In this document: positions 51,560 to 64,000 of the stretch, one piece after another | Position numbering within the stretch: position 1 is the first letter of the stretch | Layout: the number at the start of each line of letters is the position of its first letter | Source: Adineta vaga | Taxonomy: Eukaryota; Animalia; Rotifera | Assembly: GCA_021613535.1 (NCBI GenBank) | Contig: CP075496.1 | Coordinates: 11,780,001 to 11,844,000 of the forward strand | Length of the DNA: 64,000 nt | Reading direction: 5' to 3' | Notes under the pieces: generated by a model | What the model was told of the DNA's origin: nothing | What the model saw: only the letters and a program-made list of their open reading frames with translations | Database searches by the model: none | Made by a program: the position numbers and the translations under genes

Positions 51560-52468
51560 ATGGCAACTACACCAGTAACGAGCCCGGCGACACATGGCTT
51601 TTTTGAACCTGCACAATACGAACGTTGCATTAATCGCTATGAATTCGGTAGTGATTTACTTGGTCATTTATCAACAATGTTCGAAGAACGATCGAATTTA
51701 GAACATAGTTATGTCAATGCTCTTCGTTCCTGGTCAAGAAAATGGCATGGTGAATTAACAAAATTAAATGAATATCCATCTAATAAACGAGTTTGGGATC
51801 AAATTGTTTCTACGGGTGAACAAATGGCCGATATCCATCAGACAATTGCATCGAATTTACATGATAATATTCAACCGAAATTAAAACAATGGAGAAAAGA
51901 TAATTATGAAAAATCAATTATAAATTATAAGAAATCGAAAGAATTCGAAAAAGAATTTGAAAACGTACAGAAACCATGGAATAAATTACTTGAATCAATT
52001 TATGAAGCCAAACAAAATTATCATAAATTAATGAAAATATCAAAGCAATGTGAACACCAAAAATTATCAATGCCAATTGAAACACCGAGTGAAACTCAAA
52101 AACAAATTGTTGATCATTATATTCAAGTGAGTCTCGACGTTGATACAGCCCGAACAAGATATCAACAATTATTACGTGATGTAGCACCGAATGCTGAACC
52201 AAGACAACGTTACGAAGCAAATATGATTGAAGTCTTTCAACATACACAAGCATTTGAAAGTAAACGTCTCGATTTTGTCAAAGATATCTTTACAGATTAT
52301 ATCAAAACTTTACAACAACAAGCTGTTGCTAATAAAATGCTTGATGATTATGTACGAGTTTTACAAACACATAATACTCCAGGTGATCTGGAAATTTGGT
52401 ACAAGAATCATGGGCCAGGTACACAATCACATTATCCAGTTTTTGAAGAATATCAAGATACTTTATGA
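51560..52468 (+). CDS. PACSIN/syndapin-like F-BAR protein lacking the SH3 domain, intronless
   Basis: GFFEPAQYERCINR, FEERSNLEHSY, FENVQKPW, FESKRLDFVK and WYKNHGPG..YPVFEEY, followed almost immediately by the stop. Confidence 0.8.
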   Translation: MATTPVTSPATHGFFEPAQYERCINRYEFGSDLLGHLSTMFEERSNLEHSYVNALRSWSRKWHGELTKLNEYPSNKRVWDQIVSTGEQMADIHQTIASNLHDNIQPKLKQWRKDNYEKSIINYKKSKEFEKEFENVQKPWNKLLESIYEAKQNYHKLMKISKQCEHQKLSMPIETPSETQKQIVDHYIQVSLDVDTARTRYQQLLRDVAPNAEPRQRYEANMIEVFQHTQAFESKRLDFVKDIFTDYIKTLQQQAVANKMLDDYVRVLQTHNTPGDLEIWYKNHGPGTQSHYPVFEEYQDTL

Positions 52469-52670
52469 ATGATTACGTTTTTACTTTCAAAGGATATGTA
52501 ATAAAAAAAGAAGAGAGAGAGAAAAAAAGAATGTTCGATGATTAAACTGAAAGGTATGAATCAATGTCAATAATTATTTTGTCAAAGAAAAAACACTATG
52601 ATTATATCGAAAATTAATAGAAAGTCGAAAGAAGAATTTATTGAAAAATCAAAATCTGTTTTTCTCCTCT

Positions 52671-54090
52671 CTATTGTAGAGATGTTCGCGTTGTTAATGA
52701 TGATGACCGTCCAAGTTCACTTGTGCCTGATGTAGCTGTTTGTGAACTTGAATATGTTGCTAATACAATAAAATCTCTAGCCGTTCTTGGCGGAGTAGTT
52801 AAATGTGAAGAATTTGAAACTAACATTGCTGATCGATTATTGTTTGTTCCATCACATTGCTCTCGTCGTTGTTCAAGTCGTCGTCGATTAATCAATGGTG
52901 AATTATTTGTGTAAACACTCACGCGTATATCTATACTCTCATTATTATGATTATTTAATTGATTTGATGATTTATATCGAGAACATGCTAATAATTTCAA
53001 AAATTCTCGTCGAAAATCTTGTCCACTTAATGTATATAAGATAAAATTCAATGCATGTTTCGTATACCATAATGATTCAAGTAAATCTATTACAAGCAAT
53101 TTCGTATTTGAAACTGTTCTTGATGATTTTAAACGATTTATACATATATAAATCACAGATGGACATGTTAATAACATAAATGCTAACGTAACAGATAGTA
53201 GCATGATTGTTAAACGATTATTTCGTTGTTGCTTTTTTGATGTTGTAAATAACATATTCGAACGCATTGTCGTACGAATAATTCCAATATTGGTAAATAT
53301 CATTAAACAAAATGGAATGATAGCAACAAATAATAAATCAAAGAAAGGTACATATAGACGAAAAAATCCGTCATATCTTGGTTGAGCCATACAAACAAAA
53401 TGAAGTGTATAATTGAAAGTTTCAGTTACATTTTCATGATCAAATTGATCAACTGGTATTCGTAATGGTATATTTGTTCCTATTGAAATAGAAGTTAAAA
53501 AAATATCTATGAAAAAGAATTAAACATGTTTTCCTTACCTACGATATGAAAATAATGTAAATTAGCTATACATACAATAAGAATAAGTATACATGAAGAT
53601 TTTCTTACACGTAAACTAGCATGACGACTTACAAAGAGATGTTTAATAATAAAATATCGATCGAAACTAACAATAACTAATATCCAAGATGCTAAATGCG
53701 AAAGTGTTGAAGAAAAAAATGTAAATGATCGACAAATCCATAAGGACGTATTTCGTACATCGACATTATATACATAACGATAAACATAACGTGTCGATCT
53801 CAAATAAATGAAGAGAATATCAATAACAGCTAGTATACATAAATATTGACATGTTGATTGACGACGAAAACGTTTTCGTAAAAGAATTTTCAAACATAAA
53901 ATATTGCCAATTGTACCAAATATCATTAAACATGGATAAAAGATTCGAAGAAGACCATAACGAATAAAAGGATGCCACATAATTTCATCAATAGAAGTGT
54001 TTAACAAAATATTTCTATATTCTACGACGCATATCTGTTAAGAGAGTAATAAACAAAAGGAAAAGAAACTTGTCGTAATTTATTAATCAT
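52671..54090 (-). CDS. Rhodopsin-class (peptide-receptor-like) GPCR
   Basis: GTIGN (TM1), LAVID (TM2), VSFDRY (TM3), IIPF (TM5), LTCP (TM6) and ALNFILY..FRREF (TM7/H8). Start exon MINKLRQ is inferred. Confidence 0.88.
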
Positions 54091-54947
54091 TTTTCTAGAA
54101 GTCATGAGAAAAAGTTTTCTACGTTTTACAAACTATATATTTACAACAATGTCGATTTTTGTAAAGAAATTTACTTACTGATCTTTTGATAAAAAGTCAA
54201 AGTATTTTCTTCATTCTATCTGTTAATCAGAAACGTTCAAATGAATATATGTTGATCATTTGTACTTTTCTTTTTAACTATATGATTAGAAATGACAAGT
54301 CACACATTCAGACATACGAATATCCGTATGTCATCATTACATTATGGTTTTAACTCAATAAGATTAGAGAGAATATGTCGGGTTTTCTTTTTGCCTTTGG
54401 GCGTGTCTTCATATAGACATCAAACACTGCCTACCTATTGTTTAATGTCGGACAATTCTAAAATTGTTTGTATAGTATAGAATCATTATTTTTTTTCCCC
54501 GTATACATCATTGATTGAATCTATTCTTAACTGAATGAACCTGTAATAGATTTGATATATTTGAATACTTATCAATCGACAAATGATGATCTGTAGGCAA
54601 TAATATGATTGACATTAACTTACATGAGAAGATAAAAAGCATCCAATATCGTAATGAAGTAGATTATATGAATAATCAGTGTCGAACACTCAAGATATAA
54701 AAGATTTTTTAATATACTGGAGAAAAAGTGCGATCGTCTTGGTTAAACTCGTAGAAAATTACTGAATAGATATAATGAACATTGTATTATGGCTTATACT
54801 TCGTAAACTTCAAAATACGCAGAATGTTGATAAAATTTAGAGGAATAATGGCAGTATGCTAGATTTGATTTAAAAAATGAATGAAATAATGCTCCTTTTA
54901 TCAGAAGATAAATTGAATAGAACAAAAGAATATTTTATTTTCTATTT

Positions 54948-56393
54948 CTAAGTACATAAATCGTTTAGATAGTAGATAAAGGAAGGTTGAGTGTTATGTT
55001 TGGGATTATGTTGATAAATGACGAGTTCTAATGTATGAAAATTAAAATGTGCCGTACAAAGTGTAACTGAATTCGAGTCAGTTTGACTTGAAATACGAAA
55101 AATTGGAAATGATTCATTTTCATTATCACCTAATAAACGGAGAGCATCATCAACAGTAAAGATTTCACCGAATTCTTGACCACGTTTCCAACGATTATAA
55201 GTTGAATCAAGAGATTTTTGTTGAAGAATAAGTTTATGTAAACGTTCATAATGATTATAATGTACAAGATAATTCGATACCATTTCACATTGATCTAAAG
55301 AAAATATCGTAATGAAAAACAAAATTCATAAGAGTTTTCTTTACCATTTCCTTTATTTTCTTTTTGACCATCGTTTATTATGCGACATTTACTGATAAAA
55401 TTCTCATTGGAATTTTTTAAATTTGGTCCTATTTCATAATTTAATAGAGAATTTTCTTCACGAAAAAAAGCTCCATTGATACAAAAACCAAATGCCACTG
55501 GAGATATACGAAGTAAATTATCTAAATCTTCTTCATTTCGTACCGATAAAAGTGCACGATTAACAATTTGTCGTGGTAAACGACCATGCGCTACAAAATT
55601 TGGATAGAGACCATTCAAAGCAAATGCAAAACCATGTTTATTAGCACCAAAACCATTTCCTAAAAGACAAATAGAACGAATTCATATTTGACATTAATAT
55701 TTACATTTGGATTAAACGAAACTTTTATATTTTTGTATTCTCTATACTTTCAATAACTCTATTTCTTTGTAGAATAATACGATGCATCTTATTCATATCA
55801 TACTCGATCAATAAAGTATATGAAAGTTTACCTGGAATAGCACCAGCATAACAATAAGCAATAAATTTCTCTTCCGGACTATGACGTTGTCCATCATTAT
55901 ATTCAATTGAATGAATATCTGCTTCTACAAGATATCCAGTCATATATAAAGCTGTTGCATGATCCTCATTATGTAATAAAGAAAATGTATTTGTATCTTG
56001 TCGATTAAGTAAAACAGTTGTACAACCTTTTTCACCAGTTTCATCTTTAATTTCATGAGATTTATCTTTTTCTTTCGATAGATTATAAGCTGTCTGAGTT
56101 TCATTTAAAAAATTTAAGACAAGAATTTGTTCTAATGGTACTTCTGATCCATCAGATAAACCATTGATTTCATCCCAATACCATGGATATAATAAACGAA
56201 TTGTTTTAATAAAATCTCGATATAAATTAAAACCCTCTTCTGTTTGAATAAATGCAAATAATGGTGATAATACGGCAAGATCGTCAGCTATACGATGACG
56301 AATTGCTTCACGTGTTGATTTACCAATAACGTATGCACATTCATAGTGTGTACCCTTGACACGATACAACGGTATTCGAGTTGTTGAGGTCAT
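54948..56393 (-). CDS. Peptidase C45 Ntn-hydrolase (Tan/beta-alanyl-amine hydrolase or isopenicillin-N acyltransferase-like)
   Basis: GTHYE..G, EINGLSDGS, autocleavage site KG|CTT, LHNED, YCYAGAIPG/NGFGANKHG, HYNHY and VTLCTAHF. Confidence 0.85.
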
Positions 56394-59300
56394 TAATTAC
56401 CTCTTTAAAAAACGATTTGTTAATTGATGAATGAATTGCTCATCATTCAATTTTATATACGATGAAATGATTGACAATTTTTTGATACAATAATATTTTT
56501 TTGGAATGAAAAACCAAAAAACATGTTATTACTATTATTATTGGTTAAAAAATAACCAATACTTAGAATTCAGTCTTTCAGATGGTGATATCGAATGGAG
56601 GAATTGATATAGAGAACAAACTGAAGATGTCTAGTTAGTTCCAAGGTTATTTATTTATAAAGTAGAAGAATGAATTATTTCCTTTGATCAGATTCTGAAT
56701 TGAACATATTGACATGCTTGATAATATCAAAACAAATGTAGACGTTCTTTTCATAATTAGGTAGATGTTAATGAGATTGTCTACGCATGTTAATGTACTC
56801 GCAGCGAATTATTTTGTCATCTTTTTTTTCTTGTGTCTTAAAGGAGAAAAGATGCATTAATTCTAGAAATGAAAAATGATTAGATATGTGTTACTTTTGC
56901 ATTAATAAAATACGCAATTCAGACTACTAAAATAGCAAATAATATGAAGAGAGAAAACACCTGTAAATCCTAATTTAACTTTCATCAAAGAAAAGTTAAT
57001 ATAATTGATAAAAAGAAACGTGCCGTCTGAAAACATGTTATAATCATATTGTTATACGTCAACACTCGATTTTAGTTTTTTAGTGTTAAGACTATATTAA
57101 TCGGTTAAAACATCAGTAAGATTTCATTCCGAAACGCAGAATTCTATTATCCGAGACGAAAATAGAATGTTCATTCGAAAGTCGACAGGAAATTAGTCAA
57201 ATTTGCATTCTAATAGAAAAAAAATCGAATCATAAAAAATAGTTCTTTTATTGCTTTATTAGATTACGATATGAATTTCGATAACACATCTTTCATATAT
57301 CAAAGCAATAATAATAAGAAGAAGAGTTTCTAATCATGTGTTTTTGTACTTTGTGATTATTTACTCGTCAACTGGAATTGAGATATCTTTATCCAATAAA
57401 TACAAAGAAAAGAAAGAAGAAGAAGAAGAAGAAAACTAATGATTTATTATTTTGTAAACAATTCTCTAGTGAATCAATCGAAGTATCTCTTTCGGAAATT
57501 GGCATTGTTTTTCATAAACATTTGATATTTTCTATATATTATTACAGAACAGAAAAGAATCTATCATGTTGAGTTAGTTTATGATCATCTACCTACGCTG
57601 TACGTCATTTACCACCGGAACTTTTCAGAATATTGATGTTTTTTTTATTGAAATGCGTAGTAAACTTCCGCAAAACATCCGTTTTTAAATGACTTAACTG
57701 AATATTTCCAAGCATTTCATTATCAAATGTTTAACGGTTACAATCTGTTCATTCCTCTTCTATTTCTTTAATATATATCTCTTTCAAACTCGACAGAATT
57801 TCTGTAAATAGGTAAGAAATCTGTTAAAATGAGTTCATCGTATTCATTTATTTTGCTCCATTTTTCAAATCATCAAAGTCACCAAGTAAATTGCATGTTC
57901 TATTTTGATTCATTTGAAAATCTAAATGCACTTTAGACAATTTTTCATCGCATGCTTATAAAATGCAAGTGTAAACTTGTTTTCGACATGTAACTGCGAA
58001 AGAAAAATTTTCAACAACAGAAACATTGTTTTTGTCATTTCTTCTTAACAATGCATCTAGACATAAAACAGAATCGCTATATATACAAGTATTTGATAAA
58101 AGACAGTGTGAAAAGGAAGCAAAAAGTTCTTAGTACGAAATTTTGAAATAGAACATGTTCTTCTTGTTATTTTGTTATCAGATTTGTTTTTATCTGTACT
58201 TTTATTGATAGTCTGGTTAGTAGATTAATATACACGAAAGAAATCTCTTCTATCAATCTCAATTACATATTGTCTCTATTCTTTTGTCACTGCATACCAG
58301 ATGGCAATTACATGCATCTAGTTGTGTATTTAGTAAATATATGTATGGTATGGATAAATTTGATTGAGATTTGTTTATATTATGCACTATAGCACGCATA
58401 GAACGTATGGGATGTATGATGGACAAAAATGTTGTTAGTTTCAAATTGATCAAAATACAAATTTGTTGGTACTGTCGAAAAGAAAACAGACAGATGATGA
58501 AATTAGAGGAGAAAAGAAATTTTGTATTCAGTGACGACCTTTTCAATCAAGTGCGATGTTGAAAGTTTGTAATGGTATGTTCTTCCTTTCTTCTTCTTCT
58601 TCTTTTTGAAAACAGTCCATATTAATGCCTTAGCTACTTTTTGTTTTTCTTCTTTTTCTTCTTCTTTTGGTTTTTTTTCTGTCTTCTGTTGATGAGTGTC
58701 GAAAGAATGTAAGAGAGAGGGAGACAGAGAGAAAAAAAAACCAAGAAAGAGAATCTAACAATCTTCTCTTAGTTCGTTTACACACGCACACACGCATCGA
58801 CTCGCTCTCACTCTCTTCCCTCTTCTGCTATTCTTCCAACCGTTTTCCTGAATCGCGTTTTTGTATATATAGTTTTCACTGTCGACTAAGAGCGGACGAC
58901 TGACTGACTGACTAACTTTCACACTTCAATATTTATTTTAACGATCATAACAATATGCTTCTTTCGAATTCAAGTAAGTTGAACAAACCCATTTACAGTT
59001 AAGTTTACCTCAAACAACAGTTATTGAATGCTTAATTCCCTGCACGAAGGAAAAAGAATTATGTAAATGAAGAATATTCTTTGCTTGAGTAATTTAAATG
59101 AATTTTTTAGACAAAATTTTATTGACATGAAACAAAGTTTCTACACAAATGAACAGTACATCTTAGATTGACTTGATATTTGAGATAATTTCAATAAAAA
59201 GAAATTGATCAACAATAGAAGAATAGAGTAAATGCTATTTTAATCCTATTTATACTTATGACTTGTCAATAGAAATTCCCTAATGACATGATCATAGAAA

Positions 59301-61107
59301 TGAACCGTAACTGAAATTATCGTCTTTTTATTTTATATATCTCGTCCATCATCAGTTTCGACACTTAGTATTGTTGAATAGGAGCGATTCCGATCGTGAA
59401 AGAATAGAATTGATTAAAGAAGAAAACAGATTACAATTGATCGTCATCAGTGCAAAGGATGCAATGATCGATGTACGATTTGTATTTCTCTTCAGTTGTT
59501 TTTCGCCTCGAGATATCATATCATCCGTAAAATACTGCCAACATTGCGTTTCTTTTTTTGTGTTATTTAGGTCGGAATGAAGAAAGCGAGATGACTGATG
59601 TGATGAGGATGGAAATAAGAATGAATAGATTTGCTATCTGTCAGTTTGTCTAACTCTGCTGGTTTCCTTCGTTGATTAAGGAAAGGGATGGAGGTTTTAT
59701 TTTTAGTGAAAAGAAGGGCACAGTTACTTAATTATTGAAAAAATTAAAACGAAAGAAGACTTAGAATTGAAAAGAAAAGTTTTGTCGATGTGACATTCAT
59801 ATGAAATATTTCCATTTCGTCATCTTCTTAGTCTTTTCCTTTCTGATATCGGACAGTTATTAATCTTTAAGAAAACTATATCAATGATACAAGTATCTTC
59901 TTGTTTTCGCTCTGTCATTAGATATTTGTATATTTATTTGGCATCTGATCGGGTTAAAGGGAGGGAAAGAAGAAGAAGATCGCGTGTTGGGCTTGTTTCT
60001 TTTGATTGTGTCGATTATTTATGGCCTTGGTAAGCAGAAAATAAAAGAGTAGAAAGAGAAAAAGAGACGAGAAAAGAAAACGTCGATAAAATGCACTAGT
60101 CGATTCTAGATACAAACAAATAACAATGATAATAAGAGCAATAATCGCTTTTATCATATATAGAACGATTCCGTGAAGAGAGATAGGAAATTTGTTAACT
60201 ATAAGCTTAAACTGATTGCTAGGTATTCAGTCATAATTAAATTCTAATAGAAAACATGACTAAGTGTTTTATTGTTTAACCTTCGTCCTATCTATTAATA
60301 GGCTTTACATTAGGCAATTTGTTTATTGTCATTATTTTTCGGTCATATTAAATATTTTCTCGTAGAACGAGTATTATTCTAAAGAATGTCTGTTTACTTT
60401 TGTTGCTGGTCTATTGAGAATAATTATCAAAGAAAATCATTGCCTGTCATTCGTTGTTTTTTGACAACTCGAAAAACAGCTGGAAATCAAGGTGTACAAT
60501 GTCATGTTTTTCAGTTAATCAAATCGCTTTTTCATTTTCTTCTAAAAATTTCCTGGGTCGATAAGTTGAGGTTTGACATAATTTTTTTCGCTTTTTCTCC
60601 TCTTTCAATAGATGTGCATACTGCTTATTTACTTGACAGGAAGTCATGTTTCGTACTTCGAATTGACATTCGGTCAAAGATAATTAGTGTCAGTCGTATG
60701 ATCACATTAGATTCATTGCATAGAAATCTTTCACGAAGTTCTCGAACGACAAAAAAACAATAAAAATTATTGTTGTTTTTTGCTTACGCATAAAAATAAC
60801 ATTAATTGAATAGAATAAAAATAAGCAACTGAATAACCTTTTATCGATTTTATGTTTTTTTTTCGCTCTTTCTTCTTGCATTATTTAAAATTGTGTGGAT
60901 TGTAAGAAGATCAACAGTCACATTCCTCTAAATAGACATCAACTTTTCTTTTTCGATTAAATTCTTCATTTATTTTTCTCGATTTCTTTCCTGTAATAGG
61001 ATTCAGTGCATAGATACTTCCATTTCTAAAACCAATGCGTTGACTATTGCTTCAAGCTCATACTGAGTAGCTTCTTGATAATTAGAATATTTTTGGATTT
61101 TGCCTAT

Positions 61108-62160
61108 ATGATCTCACTAAATCTGTATATAGGTAAGGTAGTCATTCATATAAATAGAAAAAGAACAAAAAGCCTTAGATGTGTGTTTCTATAAATAGAA
61201 GAAAAAGAATTGTTTAATGATTTCTATTCTTTCTTCTTATTTGTAGAAATTGATTATTCAACAGTTCGTCGTATGCCAACCGTTAAATTAAGTGGACAAA
61301 CACAAGGAACAACAATGCCAACATCAACATCATTACAAGATATTAATTCTCATACACAAAAATTCGCCTGGAATGAAAACGAAGATCGATTAGCTCATTT
61401 CTCTGGGTATAAATAAATATTTAGTTGAAAATTAATAATTTATGTGATTGTTGTTTTCTTCTTTCTTTTTCAAGACAATTATTAGCTGCAAATACCGGTC
61501 GACAAATAAGTACATCGCAAAGTGATGAACGAATCTTTGAACATCCTGAAGTAACAATCAAACCATCGGCACTTGATGATGAACTTCATCGACGTTTATT
61601 AACAATGAAAACATCGAATACAAATGAAAATCTTCTCGAACATGCTGAAGGAAGAAGTGCACCGAATATTCTTGAACATCCCGATATGCGTGCACCTGTC
61701 GTTATGCTATCACAACAATTGTCATCATCATCAACATCATCATTAACTTGTAATGAACTAAAACGAGTTACACGAACACATTCAGGTAAATAAATGAGAA
61801 GATTTCAAATTGAACTAGAAGAAAACTTTCCGTTTTCTTCTTTTTAAGCTGAACCTGATACAAAAACAAATTATGCGTCATCAGCTTCATGTCATTGTGT
61901 CGATTTTTTCTTAGACAATCGTGAATATTCCAAACCATCTACATCATCTCCTCTATCTTTCAGTGATATGAATGAAAATCTCGGTCAAGAAAAAGTAAAC
62001 ATTTCGATGATATTACTGCTCTTTGATAAAGAACTTCTCTTTCTATTTTTAGAAAGTTGATTCATCATCAACGACAAAATTTTCTCTTTGTGAACCTGCA
62101 AAAGCAAGCTCAAAATCGGATGGTAGTTTATTAAAAACAAGAAAGAATGAATCTTGGTGA
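61108..62160 (+). CDS. Uncharacterised Ser/Thr-rich multi-exon protein
   Basis: Short exons joined by GT-AG introns (EIDYSTVRRMPTVKL.., QLLAANTGRQISTSQSDER.., ..KTRKNESW-stop). No recognised domain; start uncertain. Confidence 0.5.
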
Positions 62161-62307
62161 TTTTTATCGTTCATGTATTTGATTTTCTTGCTGTTGTTGT
62201 TTATTTTTTCCTAATTGATGTGTACATAGTACTAAAGAAAAAAGAAAACGACGAGAGAAAAAACAACTATATGTTTATATGTTTTAAGAACAAAGCAATG
62301 AAAACTA

Positions 62308-64000
62308 TCAATCAAAATCTCGTTCAATTGTAAATGTTTTCAATATTCGTTCGGGATGATATTCTTGATTAGTAAAAAAAAGTGGATTACTGACACCTAA
62401 ACGATACGGTTGATAATGATCAATAGGACGTTCACCATATGGTATATCAGAATGAAAATAAGATTGAGGACGATTTGTTAAACCATACCATAAAAACCAG
62501 ATAATAATAAAAACTAACATTAAAGAAAATACATAACCAAATACAATAGCTAATGGCCAAAAATCAGTTGGACTAGTTTCATCCTGATTCAATGTACTAT
62601 CACGTGATGGAGCAGTGATCGAATCGGCATTGAGATCAAATTCACATCGTTCGCCAGTATATTGTTCATGACATGAACAGGTATAATTTGTTGTAAAGAT
62701 TATTGAATGGCATGTACCATTGAATAAACATGGATTCGATAAACATGGGTCAATATGACATGAAGAATCTAAGCAAATACAAAACTCTTAATTAATACGA
62801 ATATAACAGCGATAGACAATCTCGCATAGACTTATAGTTTTCTTCTAATAATTCTATCAAAATAAATAGACATATTTTATATGTTTATAGTCTCTCTTTC
62901 GGATAGGAAACAATTCAAAGATAAAATCCAGTTCATCACACGAGTACGTTTGACCTGAGAATTATATACTTACCATTACAATTATTTTTAATTAATTCAC
63001 AAAAGGAACCCGTATAAGATGTTTTACATATACATTGTTCATTATGAAATTCATCAAACTAAATCGAAAGAAAAAAGTGAAAATAGTTCTATGATTTCTT
63101 TTTCAGTCAATGAATCTCACCGAACAGATACCATCATTTTGACATAAGCGAGTACATTTTTCTTTTGATGAGGATGATTCTGAAAAAAAAATAGTTAACT
63201 GATTTTCTATTTGCAAACTAATTAATACAAAAACAATACATACGAGAAATTTCACAATATTTGCCTGTATAATGTGCACGACAGATACATTGTACATCAT
63301 GATTAGATTTTGTAATACATATACTTCTATGTTGACAAGGTGAACTTTCACATGGATTGGTTTCTTAATGAAAACAAAAAAATAAATCAATGTGATTGTT
63401 CTGTCAATTTTTCAAATCATCGGACTATTTCTGCGACATGCTTTACTATTTTCTTTTTCTTTCTACATTCAAACTAAACTTACGAAGATAGACGATATTT
63501 AGTATTTCTGGATAGATTAGAAAATTCTATGATATATTTTTGTTTTTCATACTTTTATTCAATACTTACCAATTTCACAATAGATTCCAATGAATGCAGA
63601 TGAACAAATACATTGAAAACTATCTTCAGATTGAATTACACATGTTGAATTATGTAGACATGGTGTACTTAAACATGGTGAATATTCTAGCAAGAAAAAT
63701 TAATATGAATGTTTGTAAAGAAAAAAATAATCAAATTAAAAGTTAATTGTTACTTGTTTTTTGAGAAATAGAAGATACAGTTGTTGATTGAGAAGTATTT
63801 GCATTATTTTGACGTATTCCATAAGTTTCATTTAACCAACGAAAATAGGCGCTCAAATCAGTCGCCAAAGGTGTTTGTGATAAATCTTTTGTTGGTTTTA
63901 TCAATGGTATTTGTATTGATGAGATGGTTGTCGTCGGATCAGATTGTTTATTAGTTCGTCTTGATTGAGTCGTCATTGTTGATGCTAAAGAAATAGTTAC
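62308..64000 (-). CDS. EGF-repeat single-pass membrane protein, 3' part
   Basis: Several EGF modules (PCLSTPCLHNSTC..FQCIC..GIYCE; DPCLSNPCLFNGTC..CSC..YTGERCE), a Thr-rich spacer and the TM helix WPLAIVFGYVFSLMLVFIIIWFLWY. Confidence 0.85.

Noticed and set aside
48488-52468. Restriction-modification operon or bacterial contaminant
   Set aside because: No endonuclease ORF is nearby, the MTase has spliceosomal introns and a chromodomain, and the flanking genes are metazoan.
54948-56393. Penicillin-biosynthesis acyltransferase implying an antibiotic cluster
   Set aside because: The C45 family includes animal Tan-like hydrolases, and no NRPS or IPNS genes are in the window.
56500-61100. Scattered 60-125 aa ORFs and microsatellites (aag, gact)
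   Set aside because: No domain signal or phase-consistent exon structure. Likely long 5' UTR introns or regulatory DNA of the gene at 61108.

Overview
AT-rich, gene-dense eukaryotic DNA with many short (~50-65 bp) GT-AG introns. Gene content and intron style point to a bdelloid rotifer (Adineta-like); this is an inference. About 27 protein-coding genes can be reconstructed by hand. They include p47/NSFL1C (3' part), RTCA, a thioredoxin-SHP-UBX chimera, CLUH and a KY-type transglutaminase-like protein. A DENND3-like gene sits antisense inside a 5.6-kb intron of a KIAA0825-like gene. Further along are four tandem potato-inhibitor-I genes, an astacin, two intronless bacterial-type enzymes (SAM methyltransferase, metallo-beta-lactamase fold), HMCES, DYNLT1, OGFOD1, DCLRE1A/SNM1A, gluconokinase, an F-BAR-only PACSIN-like gene, a GPCR, a C45 peptidase and an EGF-repeat membrane protein. 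There is also one Tc1/mariner-type MITE. The outstanding element (48488-50852) is a six-exon gene fusing a bacterial beta-class amino-DNA methyltransferase (SPPY catalytic motif, [11 protein letters not shown] motif) to a chromodomain with an intact aromatic cage. It would couple a horizontally acquired N4-methylcytosine writer to a histone methyl-lysine reader. I recognise this as the N4CMT system reported from bdelloids, so the fusion is probably not new. Its SUMO-interaction-like and nucleosome-binding-like terminal motifs may be. All exon boundaries and family assignments were made by eye, without database searches.
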